A stretch of DNA of 64,000 bases, from the NCBI GenBank assembly GCA_973895155.1, contig OZ316892.1:8415251-8479250 (forward strand), read 5' to 3'. The DNA comes from Marsupella aquatica. Its lineage: Eukaryota; Plantae; Marchantiophyta. Positions within the stretch are counted from its first letter, which is position 1; each line of letters starts with the position of its first letter. Shown here piece after piece: positions 46,734 to 58,435 of this stretch. The translations under genes were made by a program, and so were the position numbers. The notes below the pieces were generated by a model. It did not search any database. It was not told where the DNA came from and was given only the letters and a program-made list of their open reading frames with translations.

Positions 46734-49655
46734 CGTTGGAAAGTATATGCTGAAGCAGTCTTGGAGTAGATTGGTTTTGCCTGGTAGGGCCAGGAGAGGA
46801 AGGGACGGACTGATAATAGTGCTGGTGGCCACCCCTTGCGCAAGGAAGATTCATAGGAAAATGTTAATAAGTACTTAGCTCAGAGCCGAGTAATGAATAC
46901 TTGATAGTGGAAGATAGGAATGACAGGGCGGAATAGTCGGCGCTTGAGTCTCTCTCGGTCATTATTCAGTAGATGTGGGCGACTGTTGTGGTAGAGTTCC
47001 AGGCTTCAGGCACATGTTGTGAACCTGTTTTAAGTGCAATTTTGATTCTAGATAATCATCGCGACGCAGCCCACTTGTTTTGTTTTGTTTTGTTTCGTGA
47101 CCACAACCTATTTCAGTAAGTGGTCGGACACTGGACAGTTCATAGTTCGTTGGCAACTTTGGAAACCTTCACATTCCAGACGAGTACTTCCACATTTCAC
47201 TTCCCTAGTTGAGTTCTCTTGAACACTGCACTTTATGAACAGCTTTCGTCAGTAGCGGTGCAAACCCTTTATGAAACGTTTATCCTTGAACACTGCTAGG
47301 TACAAGATCCACCTTTCTGCATATCGTTTTGCGTTTGACTCTCTGGAGGATTTCTAGAATTTTCTGGCATCACTGGAACCTTTCTCCCTTTGCAATCGTC
47401 AATATTACTAGGAACACCCCTAAACAGGATCACAGAAGATTGAAGTCCGGCGTCCAGTAATCATGTTCCTTTCTTTTGAAGAAAAACTTCCCTTTGGGAT
47501 AGTTTTCCTCTGGGAATAGAGAAAGCCAAACTAGTGTGTCAGCCCCAACTTCTACTCTTGACTTTGCTCGAGCCAATTTGTGGGTCATATCTGTTTCAAT
47601 GTATTCAGGATGTATAACATTGATATAGTTGCTGCGGTTGGTTGTCTCCGAGGACTTTCCCAAGAAGCGGGTGTAAGTATGCAACAATATCTTGGAATCT
47701 GTCTGCTGCGGGGTCTTCATTGAAATGATTGATTTCTATTCCTTGATTATTTTTCACACACTATACTTGCACTCCTGATAACATGGTCACAATGAGCGCA
47801 TGGAGGCAACTTACCACAATATGGCCACAGTAACTACATGGTAACATTGACCGCCTGGTCGGAACAACAATTGTACAAGGCATGGGCATCTGGCTAGTAT
47901 TACATTACAAGAGTGAAATGTGGCAATGGGAGTTATTTTTGTGTTTTTTGCAGATCTCTCAATTCTTGATGAAATTCGACCATGTCAGGCTCATTAGAAA
48001 GATCTTTCCAAGCCATTTCTAAAGAACCACAAAAAGATTCGATTGGATACCAAGGAAAATCCTATAATTAAAAATTCCATTTGATACGGAAGGAGATAAT
48101 GTCAAAGTTAACTGCTCTAAAACTCTAGGAAGCTCAAAGTGTGATGGAGTAATCTTTAGAAATTCAAAACTATCTCACTTCTTTATCAAAGCCAGCTGCA
48201 ATATTAGAATGGTTGGAAAGATATTCTCAAGCTGCTTCTAAAGAGCCAAAAAAAAGCCAATTCATTTGGATATGAAGGAAATATTGAAGGTCGGACTTTG
48301 TTGTTTCAGAAAATTTGGAAATGGGAAGGGTGTGAAGGTGCAAAGGCATCATGGTCCATGGGAGTTGCATGATTCATGGGCTCAGTCTATGGGAGCATCA
48401 TTTCTTTCATCAGTGGCTCATCTGGAAAGAACAAAATTCATGGCTGGAAAGCAAAATTGGGTAAGCACCCAATCACCCATCAACAGAAACCAAAACCAGA
48501 TGTGCGATGTTTAGACTCAAGTGAGCTTTGCACTCCTGGAGAACATGGTAGTAACACCTCTAACAGTAACCAAGCACTGGTTAGATTAAGTAATTGCCAT
48601 TACATTGGAGCTCTAGATCTAAGAGTAAATGTCTACCATTACAACCCATAAACTCCTTAAGGGCACTGATGAACTGTTTGGGAAATTCCTTGACAAGTGA
48701 AAGTCCAGCAAAAACAAAGGCCAGATGGTCATTGGGGTTTGGAAAAATGTTGGAGTGGACTCGCACAACCAGCATGGACTGCAGCAAAACTCTTTTTCTT
48801 GCTTGGATGATTCGTAAAGTACAATGCTTGAGAGTGAACTAAGACAACAAACTAATTTGGTAAGTCTCTCAATTCTTACTGAAACTTAATATCACTTTTG
48901 GGTTGTATCTAACTGACCTGAGAACAGCCGTTCTGATTAAATATTGAGAGGCAGAATTGAAAGGAAAAAATTGCTGATCAAAAGCTTTGAAGGGGCCAAT
49001 CACAGGAGCCAATCACAGCTGAAGGAGCCAATCACAGTTGCTGAGCAGCCTTTGGTATGTGACCTGTGTCCTCTTCCATTCTGGAGTGCAGGACTGCCTA
49101 TCTCAGAAGTTGAAAGTGGAGGGCACCATATTGGGGTGGCGCAACCTGGGCATGGTGGGGTTCCAAAAACCCTAAGTACCTGTCTTGTTGGGCCCCTCAC
49201 CGTGTTAATTTATTCATAGGATTTCAAGGTCTGGATGGGGAGTTATTAGGCAGTAGCCCTGCCTCCGGAACTCTTCAGGGCCTATAGTCTAACCTCTAGA
49301 CTGTGCCACTAGGGGCATAACTGAAGAGTGTTAAGGGAGGCTATAGAAAGTGGCTCTGGGGGCATAACTGAAGAGTGAAGCCTCTAGACCTTGACTCCTG
49401 AGTGTAACTGAATTGAGGGTGTGAATGGAAATTAAACAAGAATTGAGAGTAAGGCTTGAATGTACTCACCTCTATTTGTGTTCCAAAGACAGACACTTAT
49501 TAGGCTAGTTTAAGGAAAACTGTACTATGGTGATCAATATCCACCAGATGTTGAAAATAGACAGTGGCCATTTAAGTGAGAACAAGTGTAAGGTGGCTGT
49601 TTGAATGATTACTGGACAAACTGACATAAGGTATCTGACTCGACATAATTATGCT

Positions 49656-50470
49656 CTCAGAGAGGTTGGAATTGTGATTTCAGTGACGGAGGTTGTTCTG
49701 CTTCTCGCAGGTTTGCGAGAGAGACAAAGGTTAGGAACAGCAGCAGTAGAAGGAGAAGAGCCCAAGAGGAGAAAGCTCGAGTTTTGGTTGGGTTGGGCTT
49801 TTTGTCGAGCTCGGTAGTTACTAGAAAAGTGTGATGAAATTTACGAATACCCACCAAAGCAGAGGACGAGGATCAGTTTAATCTCGGAGAGAAAAGTGCA
49901 GAGCTGCAGGCTTGTGAGAGAAACAAAGATTAGGAACAGCAGCAGTAGAAGGAGAAGAGCCCGAGATGAGAAAGCTCGAGTTTGGATTGCTTTGGCTTTG
50001 TTGAGCACTTGAGCTCGGTGGTCACGAGAAAAGGTATATGATGAAATTGACGAATACCCACCAAAGCAGAAGGACGAGAATCCGTTTAAACTCGGAGAGC
50101 CAAGTGTAGAGCTGCATAGGGACGCCTTTGCGTGGTCGCGCATCGTCATGAAGAATTGGGAAAGCGTGGGGTCATGCGCTCAGAGAGGTCGGAATTGTGA
50201 GTTTCGGTGAAGAATATTACTGTGATTCTCGTCGGTTTGTTAGAGAGATAAAGGTTAGGAGGAGCAGCAGCAGCAGAAGAGGCCAGTCTCGAGTTTTGGT
50301 TCGCTTGGGCTCTGTCGGTGGGTATTAAAAATGTGTATGATGAAATTGACGAATACCTACCAAAGCAGATGGAGGCAGATCAGTTTAATTTCGGAGAACC
50401 AAGTGTAGAGACGCCTTGCGGTCGCGCATCGTCCTCTGAGGAATTGGGAAAAGGTGGGGGAGCAAGCAGA
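49656..50470. repeat. Three degenerate tandem copies of a 200-300 bp unit
   Basis: gagaga.aaag.ttagga..agcagcag...ctcgagttt.g...gatgaaatt.acgaatacc.accaaagcaga...tttaa.ctcggaga..aagtg.agag, near 49715, 49915 and 50240. Confidence 0.85.
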
Positions 50471-52132
50471 AGGTCGGGGCCGGAGGAGCTGAATAGATAG
50501 TTCGAAGAGCCGATTTCGGGGAAGTTTCAAGAGTCAAGTATCAATGGGCTTGGAGGGCCGATCCACATAGAGGAGAGAAGAACCTTCAATTGCGGACATT
50601 TGCATTTGTTCATATTGAAGTAGAGTTTGGTCATTTCCTTCTGACTCGGATCCGCAACAATCTGGTGGGAAAGATCTACATCAGGCTTTCGAGTGGATCC
50701 ACTACTCCTTTGCTGGTTTCTTATCTGTGAGTCTTTTGAGGAAATGTTTTGCTAGGGTTGATGAATGTCACTCCTCTAGCTTATCAATTATTTGCTTGCA
50801 GTGTTGAATGTTTCGTTCGCAATCATTGTTGTGGTTTATGCTGCGTTGCTTTCTTCCACATTGACCGTTTTTCAAGTTGCTTCTTCTACGTAGATGTCAC
50901 TCTGTTAGTTCAAGCAGAGCAGGTCCTTCTTGTCCACATTTTTTGAACCAAATTCATGTACTCATTACTCATTAACGGTTCCTCGTTAGGTTTGTGAGCT
51001 CGCCTATCGTCCTCTTCAGCAATAGTTACCATATTGTCATCGAAACCATCACAATTAGATTCGCAGTCAGGAAACGTGGCATTGAATGCCTCCTCCTCCA
51101 GTATAGCCTCCACGTCCATCCGGTGCGTGGACTTGCTGAATTCCAAGCAATGCGTGTTTATTTAGCTCTTGTCCTACTTTGTGCTAGTGCTGGATTTTGT
51201 CGTACTGATTGCACTGAACGTCCAAACATCTAGAATTTGATCCCCTTGCGTTAAATGTCAAAGGACAGCTAGAGAACTATGTCAGATTACGGTCAGGAAT
51301 TGAAGCCCAGATGTCGATATAATTTCATCCAGATTTCAAAGATTTTGGTGTTTCCATTCCTAATAAATGATCGTTAGAGCCTGGACTAGGCAAGGTAACT
51401 TTTTTCCTGGGTTTTTCCTGGGTAGTTTATGTAAATCTCGCTGTCCGTCGTCCACGGAGTGTGGTCTACGGTTTGTCAGTCGTCGTCATCCATGACCCAA
51501 GCCTTAAATCCGAAACCCTTGGTTTGAGACTTGCTTGCCATTTTGTAGTTAATTTTTAATGGCACTTTCTAGATTGCCCTTCCCGTTGTGTTCTGGCTGT
51601 GTCTTCATTGCCTGTCATGAAGCTTGGCCTGGTTGCCTACAGCTTACTGATTTATACTCTTGAGGATCACGCCCTAGTGTTTGGCCAATTCCTTCGAAGT
51701 TGGTGTGGCAAGGTTTTTGCAAAATCTCTGTAGAACAACCTACCGGAATTGTTCGTTCTGTTTTTGGTGTATCAGGATTTAAGATATTACAGATCTGAAG
51801 TGAAGGTAAATGAACAATACTCATTCAGTGAGGTTGGCCTCGTTCGTGCAGTAAGTTATCGACATTCCTAAAGAAGTGACGAAGAGCGTGCATCGATGGC
51901 AAAAGCCGTGGGAGAAGCCAAGGCAGAGGCGATTTCATCCTCGGCTGTCGATGACATGAAAGAGAAGAGCAAGAAGTACGGACTCTTATAGTTATATTTT
52001 CCAAAATTACCTTCTCTCGCTGTTCATTTTGTCATGGGCGCAAGCGGAGGCTGCTTCAGCTGCTGGACCCGATAAACCTTAGTCGCTGAAGAGGAAGAGC
52101 TCAACCCCACGGTATGTGCATAATTTTACTTT

Positions 52133-52568
52133 GAGACTGATTGCTTGATTACAGAGAACGTAGCAGTGATCAGCGATTGGATCATAAATACAGCTGCAAG
52201 GGTTGAAATTGATAACATAGGCCACAACTCTGGGGGTTGTCACATTTTTAAGTAGCCTTGACTGTGGACGTCAGGATGACTTATGACGTAAGCTGTTTGT
52301 TCAGCGTATGTGAGCAGAACTGATGGGTATAACATCAGATGTGCGTAATTTACTCCAAGACTGATTGCTTGAACAGAGACGTAGCAGTGATCAGCGATAG
52401 GCTTGTAACTACAGTCGCAAGGGTTAAAATTTTGAACAGAGGCCACAAGACCCTCTGGGGGTTGTCACATTTTGAAGTAGCCTTGACTGTGTGCGTCAGG
52501 ATGACTTATGACGTAAGCTGTTTGTTCAACGTATGTGAGCAGCACTGACCGGTACAACATCAGATGTC
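52133..52568. repeat. About 225-bp tandem duplication upstream of the ZIP gene
   Basis: agactgattgcttga...gtcaggatgacttatgacgtaagctgtttgttca...aacatcagatgt at about 52134 and 52358. Confidence 0.9.
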
Positions 52569-53023
52569 CAAGGTTTCCTTCACGTTTGGGATTGACAAGC
52601 TTGTAGCAATCGCCACACTGTACAATAGCAGGTGAGTAGTTTACTATTTCAAGGGGATGGGCTTTGACTACGACTCTGTGACGCTCCAAGTTTTATCATG
52701 GTCGATCCTTGAACGTGATCGGTAGAAGTATAGTTTGATGGTTTTTCCCTTCATGTATTCTACACGTTCTATTAACCTCATGAACTAAGCCTCTTTAATT
52801 TCGTATTTCGAAGTGTCTTCAACCATTTGTCCTTTCCCCTTTTTTAATATTGTAATTGCAACGGCTCTGGGTATGTACAGGGCCATTATGCAGACCGGCA
52901 ATTTTCTCGGAAAACAAGTGCCGTTATTGAACGGGGAAGGTAGCAGAGGGGGTGGGGAAAGTAGGAGTGAGAAATAGAGAACATCGGATCTAGTAAAAGA
53001 GAAGGTTGTGGACTTTGGCTGCA

Positions 53024-54607
53024 ATGGATCTCACGGTGGGGGAGCAGCAGGGACCGGCTGCAGGAGCTGGGGTTTTTATGGTGGCGCTCCTCACCCTTTT
53101 CATGGCGGTAGTTACAGGGTTAGGTGCTCTTCCATTCTTCTTCATGAAATTGGAGGCTCAGGTGGCTGGAATTTGCAATGGTGTAGCTTCAGGAGTCATG
53201 CTCGCAGCTAGTTTTGATCTCATCCAGGAAGGGCAAAAGCACGGAGGTGGCAGCTGGGTGGTCATTGGCATATTAATCGGTGGATTTTTCATATTCTACT
53301 GCAAAAGTGTCTTAGAGAAATACGAGGATGTGAAAATGATGGAGCTGAAAGGAGCTGATGCTCGGAAGATGATGTTAGTGATTGGGATCATGTTCCTCCA
53401 TTCTCTGGGGGAAGGTGCTGGAGTGGGCGTCTCATATGCTGGGCCGCAAGGAGTCCCTCAAGGATTGGTTGTGACGCTTGCCATTGCTGTCCACAATATT
53501 CCTGAGGGTATGGCGGTGTGCATGGTTCTCACGTCTAGAGGAGTAAAGGCCCACCATGCCATGTTGTGGAGCATTTTCACTTCTCTTCCACAGCCTCTAG
53601 TGGCTGTTCCTGCTTTCATCTGTGCGCAGACATTCCAAAAATTTCTACCCCTTTGCATGGGATTTGCAGCTGGCTGCATGATTTGGATGGTGTTAGCGGA
53701 AGTGATTCCGGATAGTTTCAAGGAGGCATCCCACTCACAGGTGGCTTCAGCAGCCACACTATCGGTAGCGTGTATGGAGATTTTGAGCCCCTCGGTTCAG
53801 AATCTGGACCATGTCTCAGGTTGGGAGTTATCACCTGCAGCAAATTTGTCATTTCTTTTTGGAGCAGGCCATACCGTAGGCGGTCTTCTTCTTCTCGGCC
53901 TACTGCGGACGATACGGTTGCCACCTTTACTTCTCACTGGAATAGGATCTGGAATTGCATTTGTGCTTGCGTCCTGGCCACCTCTACAGTTCGTACTCAT
54001 TGGAGACCAAGGCTTGTTCTCAGTGGCAGCCCTTCTACTCGTTGGAATTGTTGCTTATGTTCTGGTTTCGAGATATCTTCTGGACACTGCTTTGACAGAG
54101 GCTAAGGAAAGGAGAAAGCTACAAACGGGCTTAATAAGCATCAGGAGTCCTCTGCGACGAATCTCCTTATTGGCATCGACGTGTATGGTTCTATACATTT
54201 CAATTGAGGGCCTTCTTTTAAGTTTGGCACTTGCGAGTGCCTCCGGACCGATTATGCACAGTGGCCTGGCATTCTTTTTCCACAGCTTCTCAGGGGGCAT
54301 GGTGATTGCTTGCACTATTTATGGTGGAACCAACAGCTTTGGCTCTGCATTGGTCGCAACTTCGTTGTCAGGGTGTGTGGGGTTCTTAGCTGGCTTGGGT
54401 GCTACACTACTGCCTTTGACATTTCAAAATGTGCTGAGGGGTTCGATGGTTGGAGCCTGTGGATGCGTCTTTGCTGCCTTCGGGATTTCACTAGTTCGCC
54501 AAGGACTGGGAGTGGACTCCAAAAAGATTATAGTTGGGGCATCGATTGGTTATGTGATTGCCATTGGTTGTCTAGTGACCTCTAAATTGATTTCCTTCAC
54601 ACTTTGA
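53024..54607 (+). CDS. ZIP/GufA-type zinc transporter, At3g08650-like, with two ZIP-like halves; 527 aa; no intron in this stretch
   Basis: TGLGALPFFF, GVMLAASFDL, TM4 HSLGEG, TM5 AIAVHNIPEG, SLPQP and AAGCMIWMVLAEVIP match the At3g08650-type transporter as I recall it. The start ATG is inferred; an upstream coding exon cannot be excluded. Confidence 0.9.
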   Translation: MDLTVGEQQGPAAGAGVFMVALLTLFMAVVTGLGALPFFFMKLEAQVAGICNGVASGVMLAASFDLIQEGQKHGGGSWVVIGILIGGFFIFYCKSVLEKYEDVKMMELKGADARKMMLVIGIMFLHSLGEGAGVGVSYAGPQGVPQGLVVTLAIAVHNIPEGMAVCMVLTSRGVKAHHAMLWSIFTSLPQPLVAVPAFICAQTFQKFLPLCMGFAAGCMIWMVLAEVIPDSFKEASHSQVASAATLSVACMEILSPSVQNLDHVSGWELSPAANLSFLFGAGHTVGGLLLLGLLRTIRLPPLLLTGIGSGIAFVLASWPPLQFVLIGDQGLFSVAALLLVGIVAYVLVSRYLLDTALTEAKERRKLQTGLISIRSPLRRISLLASTCMVLYISIEGLLLSLALASASGPIMHSGLAFFFHSFSGGMVIACTIYGGTNSFGSALVATSLSGCVGFLAGLGATLLPLTFQNVLRGSMVGACGCVFAAFGISLVRQGLGVDSKKIIVGASIGYVIAIGCLVTSKLISFTL

Positions 54608-55293
54608 AACAGAGTGTTACAATTTTGCAAACATACGGCAGTACATGACTTTGTGGAAGTCCTGTTATCTATGGTTATATGGGCACCTGAGCCCAATCAT
54701 CCTGACCCTCTTGAGATGAAGACAACGTCTTACCGTCTTGAGGCATAATCATGCCAATTTTTTCTGGGGGCTGATAGAAGGGGAAGCTTGTCTTCAATGG
54801 AGTTGGGAGGTGATAGTGTGCATCTGAAGTCCCCTCTGCAGGAGTTCCCAAATTTTGAGCTTTTCAGAAGGTCACAGTGGCGCATTTCCCTCAAGTGAAG
54901 GGTTAGGTTGTTACCACGATTATCAAATCCTTCTCCTTTAAATTATGATTGAATTGTCTTGGCAGTAGTAGGTGCCTGCAATTACCGGGTGGGTTTCTGC
55001 AGTTGACAATCATAGATTTACGAACTGTCGTGGCAAATGACAAGCCTTGCCTCAAATTGCCAATTTATATGACATCCTCAAGCGAGGCACACGTAGCGAT
55101 AGGAAGCGCTGTGTTTCATAAATTGAAAGGCAGCAAATCATACATTAATATGCACAAAAGATTTGGCGACTGTTTAGGATGTCGTTCATGTATATATATT
55201 CTCCTTGGGTTTAGCAATGGAACACAAAATCTGTTTGGGAAGCAACTGGTTACGAATTTATGGAGTCAGATTGATGCTCCACAGAAATATAAT

Positions 55294-55605
55294 TCAACTC
55301 CAGGGCTTGAATGTTTTCATTAATAAGAATCTTAAACCTGAAATATTGAGTAACCCCCTGTCAAACCTCCCTAACATAAAGCCCAGATGGACTGAGGAGT
55401 TTGTCATATGACTGCGGAAAGTCATCAGACTGTGTACACCGGAAAGTAAAAGTGCCTGATTGCTTTTGGAAAGACTCTTCATTTTTGAGAAGGGTGCGTC
55501 AAGTACTTTTTCCATAAAACCCCAACCAAGTGTAAATCTTATTTTTGGCATACTTGTGCATCTACTTGAACACCTTTTTTTTTCTGACGTCAAATTTGCT
55601 AGCAT
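55294..55605 (-). mobile_element. Possible decayed LINE reverse-transcriptase fragment
   Basis: LGWGFMEKVL resembles the L1 RT 'W.F+..VL' segment that follows the KAYD motif; the region is frameshifted. Confidence 0.3.
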
Positions 55606-55703
55606 GCTCTCTGATGTCCAATCTATTAGATGACAAAGTTTGAGATCTTTTATAGATCAATTTCTGATGAGCATGAATATGCTAAGCCAACTGCTATTGG
55701 GCA

Positions 55704-55855
55704 CTTCACTTTTGTGAAAGGATGCCCTGAGCAGTTCATTCATGAGCAGCAAATGATCACTTTTGGGAACAAGGCTTCACTTTTGTGAAAGGATGCCCTG
55801 AGCAGTTCATTCATGAGCAGCAAATGATCACTTTTGGGAACAAGGCTCACTTTTG
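55704..55855. repeat. Exact 71-bp tandem duplication
   Basis: cttcacttttgtgaaaggatgccc...gggaacaagg at 55704 and 55775. Confidence 0.92.
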
Positions 55856-56090
55856 CAACAGATGTGGTGGGTAGTTTGGGCATGAGTAGCTTCGTACCAG
55901 TTTTGGGAATGACATTTCAATTTTCTGAAGGGCCATGTAAGTAGTTTTGGCAAACCGGACCGGCCTCCAGATTCTTCATTTTCTGCAACCTTTTTTCTTT
56001 TCAAGACATAGGGTGATGTGCTGTCAAGCCTGAGTTAAGAAGAACATCAGTATTTTGTGAAGGGCACTGCGAGTAATGGGAGCAATTTAG

Positions 56091-56324
56091 AATGTCAGTA
56101 GTTTGTGAAGGATGCTGCAAGTGACCGAAGCGATGCCACAAATGACAGGCAAAAAAGGTCCACCAGGGCCCAATTATTCAAACTAGTGACATTCTGTAAC
56201 CCAAAATAACATTCAGTTACATTGTTCAGTGGTTTGAAGTATTGGGCCCTGGTGGACCTTTTTTGCCTGTCATTTGTGGCATCCCTTCGGTTACTTGCAA
56301 CATCCTTCACAAACTACTGACATT
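56091..56324. other. Long inverted repeat (fold-back hairpin); candidate MIR or hairpin-RNA locus
   Basis: Arms of about 110 nt; the outer 84 bp have 3 differences, including 43 perfect bp (56132-56174); loop about 15 nt; no TSD. Confidence 0.85.
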
Positions 56325-58435
56325 GTACTGTATATCACACTACAAAAAAACAGACGACTCCCAACGGGGGACACATCCAATCCCACAGGCACGATACCGA
56401 AAAACCCTCAAGAGGACCCAAGAGCCAAAAAAAATCCTAGTCTGAAAACTAAAACCAGAATGCTAAAAACCTTAGTTACAAAATGAAAAGCCTGGTCCAG
56501 GTTCCAGAATAAAAACAATCAATGTTTAGCACAGGGAAAACCCCATCCCTCCCTTCATGCACTACAGGTGCCCATAGATTCGAATCAGATGGGGCGGGAA
56601 CCTGAAGCATGCCATTTGATAATGACTTATCTCCAAAACTGTGTACTCTATTGTGTAAAGTAACAGCCTTGTTTTGGTCCTCAATGACTTCTTTTGGCAG
56701 TGAATGTGAGTCACTCTATGTTGGGCTCAGGCATTCACTATCCTATCCTTCATCGGATTGAGGCGGTTGGTTTAGGGCATCTGGTCAAATCCCTCTTTGT
56801 GGCCCTCTTATGCAAATCATGCAATTCACTCGGGAGCTCTACCAGGTGTTTCAGTTTGCACTTGTCCTTCGGGACTCTTAGGGATGTCTTGCATGTGCCA
56901 TCATCTTCAAAGATGGGCTTTTATGATTCCAGTATTGTTTGGGCCCTTACCCTTCAAACTCCTAATACTGAAATACATAGCCCGTTAGGTAAAGGATTGA
57001 GAATTTAAACAACCACTGTCCAGACTTCTCACTTTTTCATATTTCTCTTTTCTAGGGTGAGACTTTGCTACACAATTTCAGGAAAGTGGTACCCAAAATG
57101 ATCAAACCATTTTGTCATGGGTGAAATCTGGTGATCCTAATTTTGTGATGGACAGTGACACTTTAAAGGACCACGGCACTTTAAGGACCAGCCGTAGGCT
57201 TTTTGGCCCTTTCAGTTTGTGGCTTTCGTTCTTTTGTCCTTCGGGACTCTTCAGCTTTTTGGCCCTGGGGTTTCCCTCTTTGCGTGTCCCATTTTTTATT
57301 ATTGGGTTTTTGGCCTTGGGATCATTTCTCCCGGTAAGGCGTTTTTGTTCCTTCTCCAGTTCTTCATATTCTGCCGCAAAAGCCAGATCGAACCGAACAA
57401 GTCATGATAACAAAGCCCGGGGTCCGCGGTGGGTATGGTGATTGTCAAGCTTCAGCAGTGATCTGTTCGATCCTCTGTCCTCGCAGCAGCGGAACGTTGA
57501 GCTCCATTCCGGAGAAGGCAAGCAAAGCTTGGTAGAAAGGTGAGGAGATGGCGTGGTCGTACTGGATTGCCGACGCGATGGATATGGATGGCAGCTTGTG
57601 AAGTGTGCAATGATTCCCGAGACAGCGAGGAGAGTGCGGTGAGACGTTCCACCGTCAGTTTCAGCAGCATGTGAGTTCCCTGTCCTGGATTTTTATCTCT
57701 TTTGGCTCTGTGCGACTTTGTGTTAGGGCTTTCATGGCTCCAGGTGAAGGGCTTGATGAATTGAATGCATGAAGTGGTGTCAAAGCTGGGTGTAGTGTAC
57801 TCAATGAGTTAGATCTTCGAAGCTTTTTCGGGAGCAAGTTCGTTTTGTAACCCTAGATTCGGGATAAATGAATGAATGACAAAATCTCTGGAAGCTCTGT
57901 ATAGTATGTCGGTCTTCGTAGCATTTCCCCGGAACGGCTTAGTTTGGAACCCTAGATTGTGGGGTGATGTGGGATGAGTGAATGAGATTGATACTTTGGA
58001 GTTGACGGAGTCGGGTGTACAGGGTACAAGTGAGACAACGTGTCCGGAAATCAGATGATGGATTCCAATTATGATCGAACATGAGGTCATCTGACTGACA
58101 GAATACTTCGGTGAATTGCCGTCAATGTCTACTTGTGCAGAAAGAGAAACACACATAGAGAGGGAGCGAATTGTGATTTGTGTTCCAATTAGATAGAGCC
58201 ATTGTGAATTGTGTTTAATGTTTACTTGTCCAGAGAGGTAGCCACGCAGAGAGAAAGTGAATTAATGAAATAATTCCACTCACATCTCCCGAATATTGGT
58301 TGAGAAGGCCTCATTTTGTGGTGCAGTGGTAGGTGTGGCAGCTGGAGTCTTGAAAGAGGAACAGTGCAAGCCAGCCACATGCGTTGGTCTTCAATTGGGA
58401 AGTGGTGAAAACTTGGAGCTAGGGTCTCTAGGGAG

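Noticed and set aside
52270-52550. Possible duplicated C/D snoRNA (ggatga...ctga)
   Set aside because: Imperfect C box, only about 50 nt, no terminal stem and no rRNA guide I can recognise; a plain tandem duplication explains it.
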